From assembly GCA_020536535.1 (NCBI GenBank), contig JAHLWZ010000792.1, positions 153,031 to 217,030 of the forward strand: a stretch of 64,000 nt of DNA. The letters run 5' to 3'. The position numbers were made by a program, and so were the translations under genes. This DNA comes from Pelomyxa schiedti (taxonomy: Eukaryota > Protista > Evosea). Below, in pieces: positions 1 through 14,100 of the stretch. How positions within the stretch are numbered: position 1 is the first letter of the stretch; the number at the start of each line of letters is the position of its first letter. The notes below the pieces were generated by a model. It made no database searches and had not been told where the DNA came from. It saw only the letters and a program-made list of their open reading frames with translations.

Positions 1-286
1 CCGTCATCGCCAACCGGCACTTCGTATAAATCAGGAAACTGTTGATTTCTGAACCAAGTGGAAAGATGCTTCCCATCTCGTGCAGTGGCATTCTCTGAGT
101 TGTACTCCCCAGAGAGTTTCCAGTGGCGCAGTGATTGGAAAAGAAAGGACCAGGCAGGTCTCATCTCGGTAGCATTCGAGATTCTTAAGAATATTTTCAA
201 GGTTTGTTCACAGTCACTTGTTTTCTGGTAACTGTGCCACAGTGAAAGTCTTGAACACACATTTTTTTCTGGGACCGACGTTTGGT

Positions 287-2200
287 ATGGAGCGGGTGCC
301 GTTGGACGTTGTTGGGAGGCTGTGCGTGGAACTGGCCGCAGCCGACGACGGCGTGAGCAGCTGGCGCATGCTCGTGGCGTGGCCCTGCCTGTGGCGGGCC
401 ACGCGAGGGGCGCCGGGGAGCAGCGGGGGGGGGGCGCCTGCGGCCTCCGCAGTCCCGCCCCCTGGCCTACAGGCTCCAGGAGGAGGAGGAGGAGGAGGGG
501 GGGCTGGGCCAGGGACCGCGAGGCCAGGCGCAGCCGAAGCGGACGCGGCGGTGTGGCTGCCGTTGTTTCTGGCCACTGGGGGCGATCTCTCGTGGTTCCC
601 TCGGGGTGCGATGTTTGTTTGTCTGTATGGAGGCGGCGGGGGGTGGGGGCGGTATTGCTACTTTGGATCCACGTTAACGAGGTGGGTTTTTATTTAAGGC
701 ACAGAGGAGAGCGGAGTCACGTGGAGGGAGAGGTTCCTTGAAAACATGAGGGGGCCACTGAGGAAAGCCAGGGAAGCCGCTAGGTCCATACTAGCGCGGC
801 ACCAGTGGTTTATGTCAACAAATTATGGGAACCCTGGCACCATTGGGGATAACGAAGTGGCTTCTTTGGCGCAACTAATGGATCTCCCACCAGTTCCGGA
901 ATTGGACCAACTGCACGCTCTGACAAAGGGCGCAATTTTTCTGCTAAAGAAAGAGCCGAACTTGATTACTCTGCAGTTCCCGGTGTGGTGATTCAGAAAT
1001 CTATTTAACTAATTGGTCCACTTTGGTTGATAGTGAGGTTCTCTAACTTCGAAAAGATTGTGATTGTGGGGGATATCCACGGGCAGCTGGAAGACTTGCA
1101 CCACGTTTTTAAGCTCTTGGGCTCTCCTCAGCAGCGTTCTTTCCTTTTCTTGGGTGACTATGTTGATAAAGGGTACTCTCTCGATTTCAAATAATTGTGT
1201 TGTACTCAATCTCCCATAAACAGGTATCATTCCCTTCAGTGTATTAGTCTTATATTTGCATTGAAAATCCTTTTCCCTTCTTCAGTTACTTTGCTCAGGT
1301 AGTTGGTATGGAACAGTACTCAAGTAACAAAATGAAATCACAGAGGAAACCACGAAACCCGGCAAATGACACAGGTCCATGGTTTATGTGATGAGTGTAA
1401 AACCGCTTACGAAGATATGACGTCCTGGGAATCGTCCTGGGAATGGCTGTGTGATGCATTTGAATGTCTTCCTTTAGTATGTACACCAGATCAAGCTTGC
1501 GATTCAACTTGAAGAGCTAGGCCGCCACTGTAGGTAACAAAGTATTTGCTGTCCACGGAGGCCCAAGCCCAGGTTAGCACTCCCATCACTTGAACGTCAA
1601 TAAACTCCAGCCAGAGTTGACTGAGATAAGTGATATCCTAAAACTTGATAGATTCGTTGACATAACCACTGACGAAGGCATTGTAACTGTCCCTGTTTGT
1701 TTTCAAATTACCTGAAAATTACTTCAGATTACAGACTTGCTCTGGTCGGACCCTGACAGTGAAGCTGAAGACTGGAGCCTATCCCCTCGAGGAGCTGGGC
1801 GTATGTGCATGTCTAATTTCTCAGTTTTGCAGTTATTCTAATACGTTTTTTTTTTTTTGCAGACCTTTTCGGGCACTGTGCAAGTGAATCGTTTCTTAAT
1901 AGAAACAATCTGCAGTTCATTATAAGAAGCCACCAGCTTGTCATGGAAGGAATACACTGGGAATTTGACAACCGTGTGTGCACAATATACAGCTGCAGCA
2001 ATTACGCGTATCGCTGTGGCAACTCAGGTGCTGCTGTTGTGATTGAGGAATGCACAGGGCGCCACAGTGGAACGACTACTGTGGGTACAATGCGGAATGA
2101 GAAGATTCTAGCCGGCGGCACCATCCTTGTGAGGGAAATCGCGTGGCCGACCCTGCCACTGTATCCATATCCAAGCCAGATGCACAAATACTTCATTTAG
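287..2200 (+). CDS. PP2A/PP4/PP6-like PPP Ser/Thr phosphatase with N-terminal F-box-like extension (multi-exon)
   Basis: Hand-spliced exons give [46 protein letters not shown] and [11 protein letters not shown]. The C-terminus KYFI* resembles the PP2A-family YFL tail. The first intron boundaries (about 606-698) are inferred. Confidence 0.85.
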
Positions 2201-2389
2201 TTCCTATCAATCAAAAGTTATTTTTCACAACTTGCTTCTATGTTTGTTTTTGTTTTTCTCACACACACATCCACTTGCCGTGTCAGGGAGTCTGGTCCAA
2301 CCAATGTCAAGTGAGTACACAAAACGACTCAACAACATTGGAATAAGGCCGATTCCTGGAAAAGAACAAACAGTTGAAACGTTGCGGAG

Positions 2390-5358
<2,969 letters not shown>

Positions 5359-5568
5359 ACCTGACAAAAAACAACAAACGAATCTGCCACACGCCAGTCC
5401 ATCTAGTCCTGTATTCTCCAGATATCAACAAGCACCAAACAAAGCTACACAAATTTGCTTTTCGGCGTACTTCGATCACAACTCCATTTTTTTTCCTTTT
5501 TCACTTTGGGGAGGAGCGGAGTGGAAGCGAAAGGGGCGAAACAAAATAAAACAACAACGATTGCAACG

Positions 5569-6391
5569 ATGGCAGCTACGGCGACGGGGTTTTCTGTTGT
5601 CGATCGGTGCATGGCGTTGGTGACGCTGAGGGACATCTTGGGCCCGCATTTCACGACCCATAAGACTGTTTTGCTGCAGCAGGCCTTTAATGCCTCCGTG
5701 CCTCCTCTTTCTGCGGCTGCCATGTTGAGGCAGGTTGTTTGTTGTATTTTTTTTTTTTTTTTTTTTTTTTATTGGTTTTTCTTTTGGTAAAAAAAAAAAA
5801 AAGCTGTTTGTTGTGTGTTGTGTTTTTAGAAGTGATGGTGGTTGGAATTTTGGATAGAACTTACGGGGATTGCAGTTGTATGATATTAGGTTCTTGGATA
5901 ATAATGACCTTTCCAACTGGACAACCTACTTGTTTGTGAAGGGTTGTGCACCGGCCCCTCCTGGCGGAATAGACCCATCTCTGTTGGATAGATGCAGGTC
6001 TTTGGTGTATCTTCAGCCTGTTCTGGGTGCCTCCTTTACATCCCATAAGACAGCTCTACTCCAGGCCGCTTTTGCAGTTCAAATGGCGCCAACTCTTGCT
6101 GCCTCAGTTGTGAAGCAGGTCAGTGTTCAGTATAAAAAATAAAAAACCTTGAAATATTCAAATACTAGTAAGTAATATTCAACAACTTAACCTATTTGAA
6201 TACCGACTAGTATTTCAATTACCTAACTTTCCTCAAAGCTCTTTGACCTCAAGCTTTTGGACCAAAATGAACTTAACCAATGGACTGCTGCTGTACTTGT
6301 AGGGTCGCCTTTGCCTATTCACTCCCCACAACGCTTTGTATGTTTTCCTTTTCACATAACATTCCTCATTCTAAAATTTACCCACTAGTGA
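5569..6391 (+). CDS. Hypothetical protein with internal tandem repeat (3' end unresolved)
   Basis: Exons encode DRCMALVTLRDILGPHFTTHKTVLLQQAF / LQLYDIRFLDNNDLSNW and then DRCRSLVYLQPVLGASFTSHKTALLQAAF / LFDLKLLDQNELNQW, i.e. two homologous units. They are separated by canonical GT-AG introns. Confidence 0.6.
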
Positions 6392-6548
6392 ACGTGTCTT
6401 TTTCTTGTGTCGAGAATAGTAAGTGTTAAAACACACCTTTTTCCACCTTTTTCTTTGGTTTTTTTCCCCTTTTGTATAGTGCTCCTTCCACCAGAAGGAC
6501 ACTTTTTTGGGGATTATTGTACAATTTTTTTAGAGTCCCAGTCCAGGA

Positions 6549-9432
6549 TCAAGAGGATACAAGTGGGTTCGTGAGAGGTATTTGCATTTCACTTTGTGAA
6601 ATATTCCTTCTGGAGAACATAATTCCGGCTTTGAGTTTTTGAGCTCCGTCTTGTTGGTACTTTCTCTTAAGGTACCGCATGCTGAATACAGAGGCAGTTG
6701 CAATTCCGGCAATTAGAATGATCAGTACAATAGCAGCGGAAATGGTCACACCAACAACAATGGGTGTGTTGACTTTTTTGTGTGTTTATGTGAGTAGAAA
6801 GGAAGTGGAGGTAGGAAGGTACTTTCACAGGAGAGCGAACCACTTGGCTCTTGGAAGATGCCAACGCACTCACAATTCAAGCAGTTGCTCTGTGTTGAGT
6901 CACACTCCTCACCAAACTCTTTATCCAATTCGCCATTGTGACAAGCTATTGAAGAAAAGTTAGAATTGCATCACATAAAGGTTGTGAACAGACGGAAGAC
7001 TTTGTCTTGGCGAAAGAAGGCACCGGAAATCTTGAAAACATTTCCTTCAAATACTGACATTATTGCGGAGTCGTTCTTATCCAGCTGGTTAACTATCAGC
7101 ATGGTATTAATTTAACTATACAGTCCATACGTCGACTGGGTAGTCGGGCATAAGAGCTATTATTTCCCCGGAGGCCACTGCTTCAAGGGCAGCCGACTTG
7201 GAGGGATAAACAGTCATATGGAAGTTTTCAATCCCAAGGGTCAACAGCTCCTCGGCGAAAAGCTGGGCTGTACCTTGAGGTCTCGCCCCAACCTAAGTAG
7301 GTTACTTAATTTCATTGCCAGTTTTGAATTCGAACCGGACCTCCCAAGTCGTGGTTGTGTTCCTCTTCAATAGGTCAACCAACCCAGGAAGCGATTTGAT
7401 ACTGTACGATGAAAGCATGACAATTTTAAGAGGTGCACCATATGCAGCACAAGAAGAGAGATACTCTGTAGGTATTAGCCATTTTGAAAAGTAAAAAGCA
7501 AGTACCTAACTTCCGACGTTTATTTGCCTTTGTTATACCTCCAAGACTGAAGTATAGATTTGTACCTTTTAATAGTCAATGAATTGTTTTTCTTTTTCGG
7601 GAATCACAATGAATGTCTCCAGCGTCAAGATGATCAAATATGGCATCAGAATTGGGGTACACCACATAGCTTATATTTATGGGACTCCCATAACGAAGTG
7701 AAATCCTGAAAAACTTGAGTATTGTCGTTCGCAGTTCGCTCTCTTAGTTTACCACGATGCAACTTGTTGCTCAAGGGTTACTAGTATTCCCGTGGCCTCC
7801 CCTTGTGGTGTCACTTTCACAAACGGAAGTGCTTCTACAGGGAAAACTCCAATTTTCAGTTGACGTTTGTCAAGTACATTAAAAAACGTTCCCACTATGG
7901 TTACATTAGTGTCGAGGTAGTAGTTTAAAAAAAAATCACCAGGGGTTTTTGGGTACTCTGCCTTTGTCTCGTCCAAAGTGCAATCCTCAAAACATGTTAG
8001 AATTTCCCCTTTGGGAAGAACTTACTGTTACAAAGTATGAAGGGACTTTGAAGTAGGAAAATAGTTCTTCATAGAATCCAGAGGAAATCATATTAGTAAA
8101 GGCCAAATCATAGGCAGCAAGTAGTTGCCCGTTTCCAGTCTCCCACCATTCCGTCATATCATTTCGGTTTATCTGAGTCGGTTTATAAAAATTAAAAAAA
8201 TTAAAAAGAAATCAGGTACTTTATTCTCTTCGGGTATCTCCTTCCGAAAAATGACAGACAGGGGTGATACAATTTGCGTAAAAAAGGTTGTTACATTTGC
8301 TCCCAAGGTGACAACATCCTTAGTGGTACATTGGAAAGAAATAGGCAAACTAGGAACTTACTGAAGTTATTCTAACAGCTAAAACTGCTGTATTAAACAA
8401 GAGTTCTTGCAAACACTCATTTGCACTTTCTTTGAGCTTTATGTCAACGCCAAAGAATAAATACTGCAGGGTTTCTATGTCTGATTCCACCCATGTGCAT
8501 AGCTTTTTTCCGTTAGATTTCGTTTTTTAATTCCTTAGAAGTGTATCCCACTGTCCAGTGCCATTCACAACAAATGCAATTTGTTTAAGGGTACATACAT
8601 AAACCTTCTCAGAAATGAAGATATGGCTTCGCACTGAAGCCCGAAGAGCTGATACATTGTGGATGTCAGATGAGTTCCTTGAAGCCATAAGCACATTCCA
8701 ACCAATCACCGAACAAGACGGTCTCCACAGTGTCAAATTTTGTGTGATACCTCCCACATTCACGTTTGTATCGGTTGCTATCAGGCGCAGATGAAAAACA
8801 ATTGAACCGCGTGGCTCTTAGAAACCTTCTATTTGCCTTGTATACAGTGCTTGCAGAACATGAGTTGTAGAGTTGAAGTCAATATACTGTACAGTCAATT
8901 CTGTCTGATAATGCAGAGCAACCCTGGTAGAGTTTCAATTTTTCTTTTTTGCTCTGTAATAAAGAGGGATACTGATTTGCCAGTGTCGAAAACGGCAAAA
9001 CAACAGGTGGTACATGAGAACAATTGGGACAACGACCCACTCGGATAGTGTTGTTCACATAAAGAATATCATTCATAAGGTCCGTGGTAATGTTTGGGTA
9101 GTTGATCGTTTCTTGTAGTGCCAAGCAATCCTACATGGAAAACCGAAAACCGCATAAAAAAAAAGACGCAACAATGAAAGGAACAGGAAAAAATCGAATA
9201 CTTTGATAGTTGTGTAGTCGTCAAGAGAGACATCAAAAACAGAAGACAACTTCAATTCCAACAGAGCCGCCTCGAACACCTTGAAAAAAAAAAGCTTTGA
9301 GTCCCAACAAACCCAAAAAAAAAAAGCTTCAATCAAAACCTGCGCCATTTGCTCGTCACCAACTTCACAAGTCACAACACCAGCGAGGCCCAAAACCACA
9401 ACAACAAGAAACATCCACGATGACAACCCCAT
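6549..9432 (-). CDS. Type I membrane protein: signal peptide, two periplasmic-binding-protein type 2-like domains, Cys-rich juxtamembrane module, TM helix, short tail
   Basis: Signal peptide MGLSSWMFLVVVVLGLAGVVTC. PBP2-like segments LKIGVFPVEALPFV, VGARPQGTAQLF...YPSKSAALEAVASGEIIALM, and an earlier NVSALR...VYVC / ESANECLQEL. Then CHNGELDKEFGEECD, TM VTISAAIVLIILIAGIATASVFSM and stop at 6549. Confidence 0.7.
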
Positions 9433-9862
9433 GATGTCCCCACTTTTTAATTTTGTTGTTAATTTCCGCTTTTCGGGAACGGAACAACCACGATCTCGAT
9501 GTTGGAAAAATCGGAAAAAACTTACCTTATGAACACGCCTGAGGTTTTCGTCGTTCGCGTTGTAATCTTGGTGCGTCCCAACGTTCACAAGGAGTGACTT
9601 CCACGGTAAATGGACAAAACTAGGCCTCGTTGTTGCTAAGGGAAATGCAAGTCGGCAATATGGGTCTGGTAAAATACTGTAATGTACTTTTGAGTACGTC
9701 ACAGACAGTGCAAGGTTTTGTTGTTGTAACATCTTGATGGAAGCATCAGTGTGAAATGGTGTGGAGGTGCTAGTTATGATGCCACACTAGTGGAAACTAT
9801 TCCCTCCACCCAAGCCCCATGCGAATTCATTCAGTGCTCAACAAGTACAAAAAGTATTCACA

Positions 9863-11029
9863 TTACTCCCAGTTAATATCAGCATCAGCCCTGTGAGGAA
9901 ATAAATAAATTAAACTAAACTAAACTATGGGTATATACGTGGCGGTGGGATCAGGGACATCCAGGTTCGGGGGAGTTGGTGTTATTACTGGAGGGGATTG
10001 GGATTGTATTTGGTTAGGAACTTGTGAGGCTGGCCCAAGGCCAAAGGAACTCTCACTGGAAGGCAATAGTGAAGACCATGCAGGTTGTGATCCCGGAGAA
10101 GTGTATGTTGTGGTCTCGCCTGGTAATCTTATCTCTGGTTCGAGAGTTTCTTCATCAATCATTGAAAATGATGATGTGAGAAGTGTAGGTGCCGGCGTTG
10201 GTGAAATATTTGTGTCAGTAATGTGAGGAGATGTGATGGCAGGAGTTGTGATGCTGGGTTGTGGTGTTTTTGAGATATCTGCTGTTGACACTCCACTTCC
10301 GAAGTGTGAATGATGGAGGAGGCCTGCCTTGATAATATCAGGTTGGGGGCATACTTGAAGTGGAACGTGGTCAAAGGGTAAAGCCTCATGTGTCTTCCAC
10401 GCAACATTGACTGCATATTCAACAAGTACTTGAGGGTCAACTTTGTCTGAAAATGGTTAACCAAGAACGCAAGCCCCGTAAATCCAACTTTTTTGAGCCA
10501 GATCGAAGGCATGAAGTTGTTTTTTAGCCTCGTCCAAAGCATTTGACATTTCCAAGTCAATTTCGTATAGGTGTTCAACCAAAACTCCTGGGAATAATTG
10601 CTTTGTATAAGTTAATAAGGAACAAGTTAACTGTGTGGAAGTCATTGCCACGAAATCGCAAATAACGAAGCAGGTACCGATGGCTTTGTTCTTTTCATCT
10701 ATTTTGTCTTGGAGCACATCCAACTCTCTCTGAAAAGATTGCCGCTCACGCAGCTGCTTCAACAAAGAATGCAACTTTCTGTCCTGTTCAATGACGAGCT
10801 GCATAACCGAGTCCGGAGTGTCGCCAGCCACATTTCCTGAAAGCCCCAACTTTGCATGCTGCACAAAACGAGGGAAAAAACAAAAAAAAAAAGAAAGAAA
10901 CTGTGGGCACCACACCAACATGAAAAAGAGGAAACAAACCTGCATATAACCGATCGTAAGCACTGAGTTCAGCAGTCTCTTGACGAGGAGCGTGTACTCA
11001 TCGAGGCATTCGTGTACGGTCTTCTTCAT
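9863..11029 (-). CDS. MED4: Mediator subunit 4-like protein
   Basis: N-terminal coiled coil (QLVIEQDRKLHSLLKQL), then VDPQVLVEYAVNVAWKT...PQPDIIKAGLL, which matches the Med4 motif (V..ELL.YA.RIS...P.P..MR.G.L, from recall). A Pro/Ser-rich tail ends in DINWE* after a final intron. Confidence 0.65.
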
Positions 11030-11177
11030 CGTGTCGGGAAAAAAATAGTGAGATCTCACTGGATCTCGGCTGCACCTTTTTAGCCGAACAGAAGAATTAA
11101 TTGACAGGTGTCAGATGCCAACGCGAAAAAGAAAAAGTCTCGGCCGTACGAAGCAGAAAAACAAAAAAAAAAGAGAG

Positions 11178-14100
11178 ATGGCCGACGTAAGTCGCAACAG
11201 CGGGGGTGCCAGTTCCAGCGGAAGTGCGAGTCAGCAACAACACGGATCTCCCGTTCCTTTGTGGCAGTCGTACGTGCGGTTGCAGGCGAGAAACGCGCAA
11301 CTTGAGAAGGAGGTCACTACGCTGCGCGACGCTCTCAAGCAACTCACGAGCAAGTTTTTGGCGTACCTTAAGAATCCCGCGTCTGTGCCAGATGCGGCGC
11401 AGGCGATCGCCGCCGCCAACGCGGTGGCTGGCGCGCCGTCTCCAAGCGCTCCTTCGGTCACTTCCTCCAGCGGGCCTACGAAGGAAGGTAAGAAAGTAAG
11501 AAAACTACCTACACCCCCTGTGAGCTCCCAGCAGCAATCAGCTTCACGGGTGCTACCTCAACCACAACCACGGCCTCTGCCACAGCCGCAGTCGCAGTCA
11601 CAGTCACAAACACAACCACAACCACAAGCGCAACCACAAACACAAACACTTACACAACCACAAGCGCAAACACTTACACAAGCACAAGCTCAGACCCAAG
11701 CACAAGCGCAAACGCAAACACAAAACCTGCAACAAAGTACGCAAATACCAGCCACTTCACAAGAACAGACTCCTCTTCCGGCACAATCAGAACCTCAAAT
11801 GCAGACACAGTCACCTCCTCGAATTAAAGACTCAGAAAAGCCCCAGAACAACATAAAACAAGAGGAAACAAAAGATGTAAAAACCAAGAGCCAGTCAAGT
11901 CTGGTTGGAGTGTCTTCCCCAGACTCTACGCAAGTGAAAGAAGATAAGCCTCAAGAAAATTCATATTCTTTGTGCTCAGATTCAGTTCAACTGGCAGCTG
12001 CTTCTCAGTCACAGCAAGACAAATCTCAAGTTTTGGTTCCACAGCCATCACAGGAACTCAACCATGTGGAAACAGAAAACGTTGCAATGCCAGTCTCAGA
12101 TCCGGAGACTTTGGAAGCATTTGAGAAACTCACACTTCTCATAGAGACTATCCATATTCAAGACTCCAAGCCAAACATGGAGAAACCAACAGCCCCTCCA
12201 TGCAAGCTACCATCGCGAGTAATGCATTCTCGCTGCCGTGCTGTGAAAAGAAAACCAATACCCATCATCTCAAATCATCTGGCTATTTCACCTCGGACAC
12301 CAAACTTCTTTACATTTGATTTTTTGTTTCACTGGCAAGAGATTGAGCTTAAACTCCTTGTATTTGTCCAGCAACTAGACGCTTTACTTGAAGAATACTT
12401 AGTCCAATCCCCATCCCTCCAAGAACAGCCCTTGGATGGAATGCCTAGTCACACAAGCCAAGTATTTCCCTTCAAAAAACCTCATTGAGAGTCACTCTTA
12501 AGAAGGATGAGCCATTGTCTTCCAATATAAGACCGTATTCTGTAGATGCCCCAGAAAGACCACTGTCTGGGACGGTAGTAAAAGAACGAGCACTTTCGGC
12601 ATCAGAAACGTTGTCCCTTAAGATATCCGATATAGATGGTTTGTCAGTTTGAGTAGCTTTATTTAACAGTACCTAGTATCTGCACAACCTGCTGTGTCAC
12701 CCAGTCCTGAACCAAGGTGTGATTACCTTTCTTTCATATTGAACTATAGCTGCCCTTAGAAAGTGGTATTTCCCATCAAAGCATTCCTATGGCTGCGCTG
12801 CACCTGCTCCCGTTGATAGCAATGTCAGTATATGTCTGATTCCTCCTTCAGATTTGAAGCCAACTCTGGAAAGTAAAACTGCTTGCTTGTAATCGTCCCA
12901 CCATGTTCAATAATTCACCCAGAGTTCACTCAGCGGTTTCCCACATCAGCAACGCTTGGGGATCTTATTAAGGCAGCCTGGGATAATTGGGCAATTAGTA
13001 TGAAATACAAGTCTGCTGAGGAACAATTCACACAAGTATCTGTAACTGCTTATAAATTACCAAATAACAAAAAAAAAAAAAAAAAAAAGATTCTTATGGA
13101 TTACGATTTTGCCATCATCAGAGCACTTTGCACCACTTCAAGTCTTGAAGACCAAGAAAGAGTGGCCAACCTTGTTATTCCGTTTTTTGATTCCATCAAT
13201 CCTATTGAGACCCAAAAAATGCTACACATTGTCATCGATTCTGAAGTAAAGACTTCTGGTTGGCATTCCAAAATTTTGGCCTCCTAATATTGGCAGTAAA
13301 TACAAGCGATTTACTAAGAAGCAATGGACCTCTACCGAGATTATTGGTCACCTTTACACAGCTTAAGATGAAAGCCTTTGTGAAATCGACCATTATTCCC
13401 CTTTTAAATAGATGGAATGCCCTTGAGCCTCCTCCTTCATATGAGGTAGTGGGGTTGTTTGTTTAAGACTTGATAGAATTAAAACTCGTCCCCTGCAGCT
13501 TGACCCAAAGAACCTTCCCACTCCCGAAATTCCTGACCTTGTGAAAACAAATGCACAGCTAAATACTAACAGGACAAACCTGCAACTTATAACCAAGGAA
13601 TTTATTGGTCTTCTTACCAGTGAAGTAAATTCCATTCCAAGGTATAATTTATTATTAATACCCAATTACGGTATTCAACATATGAAGTGAGGTGAGAACT
13701 GTTCTTTCACACTTGTGGCATGTTGCTTTTGAAAAATTTGGTAAGACTGCCTACTTAGCTGTAGGCGCATTTATCTTTGAGCGAGTTCTCTGCTCTCCAA
13801 TAGGGAACCCTGAAAAGTACAACATACATGATGGTACAAAACAAAACAAATTTTTTTTACCTATCCTAGTTACTTTTATGTAGGAACTCTCCGGAGAGGA
13901 CTGATGCTATTTTTGAAAGTAGCTCATGCCCTTGCATACCAGGAGCCTTTCCATGACGGATTCATGTGCTGCATGAATGCTTTTATATTAACAAACGTAG
14001 ACAGCGTCTCAAATTTAATCCGCTTGATTGTGGTGTGTCATATCCACATTAATTCCTAGTCCAACTGCTACTTCAGGATGTTGTCTCCACACTTCCCAAG

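Noticed and set aside
6480-6642. Coding overlap between the repeat-protein gene (+) and the receptor gene (-)
   Set aside because: The 3' exon structure of the plus-strand gene is ambiguous; the best donor leads to a stop at 6389-6391.
9073-9732. 219-aa ORF as a single CDS
   Set aside because: It runs through poly-T introns. The real start is more likely ATG 9432 (signal peptide). The upstream part is probably UTR or intergenic, possibly with a 5'-UTR intron at about 9525.
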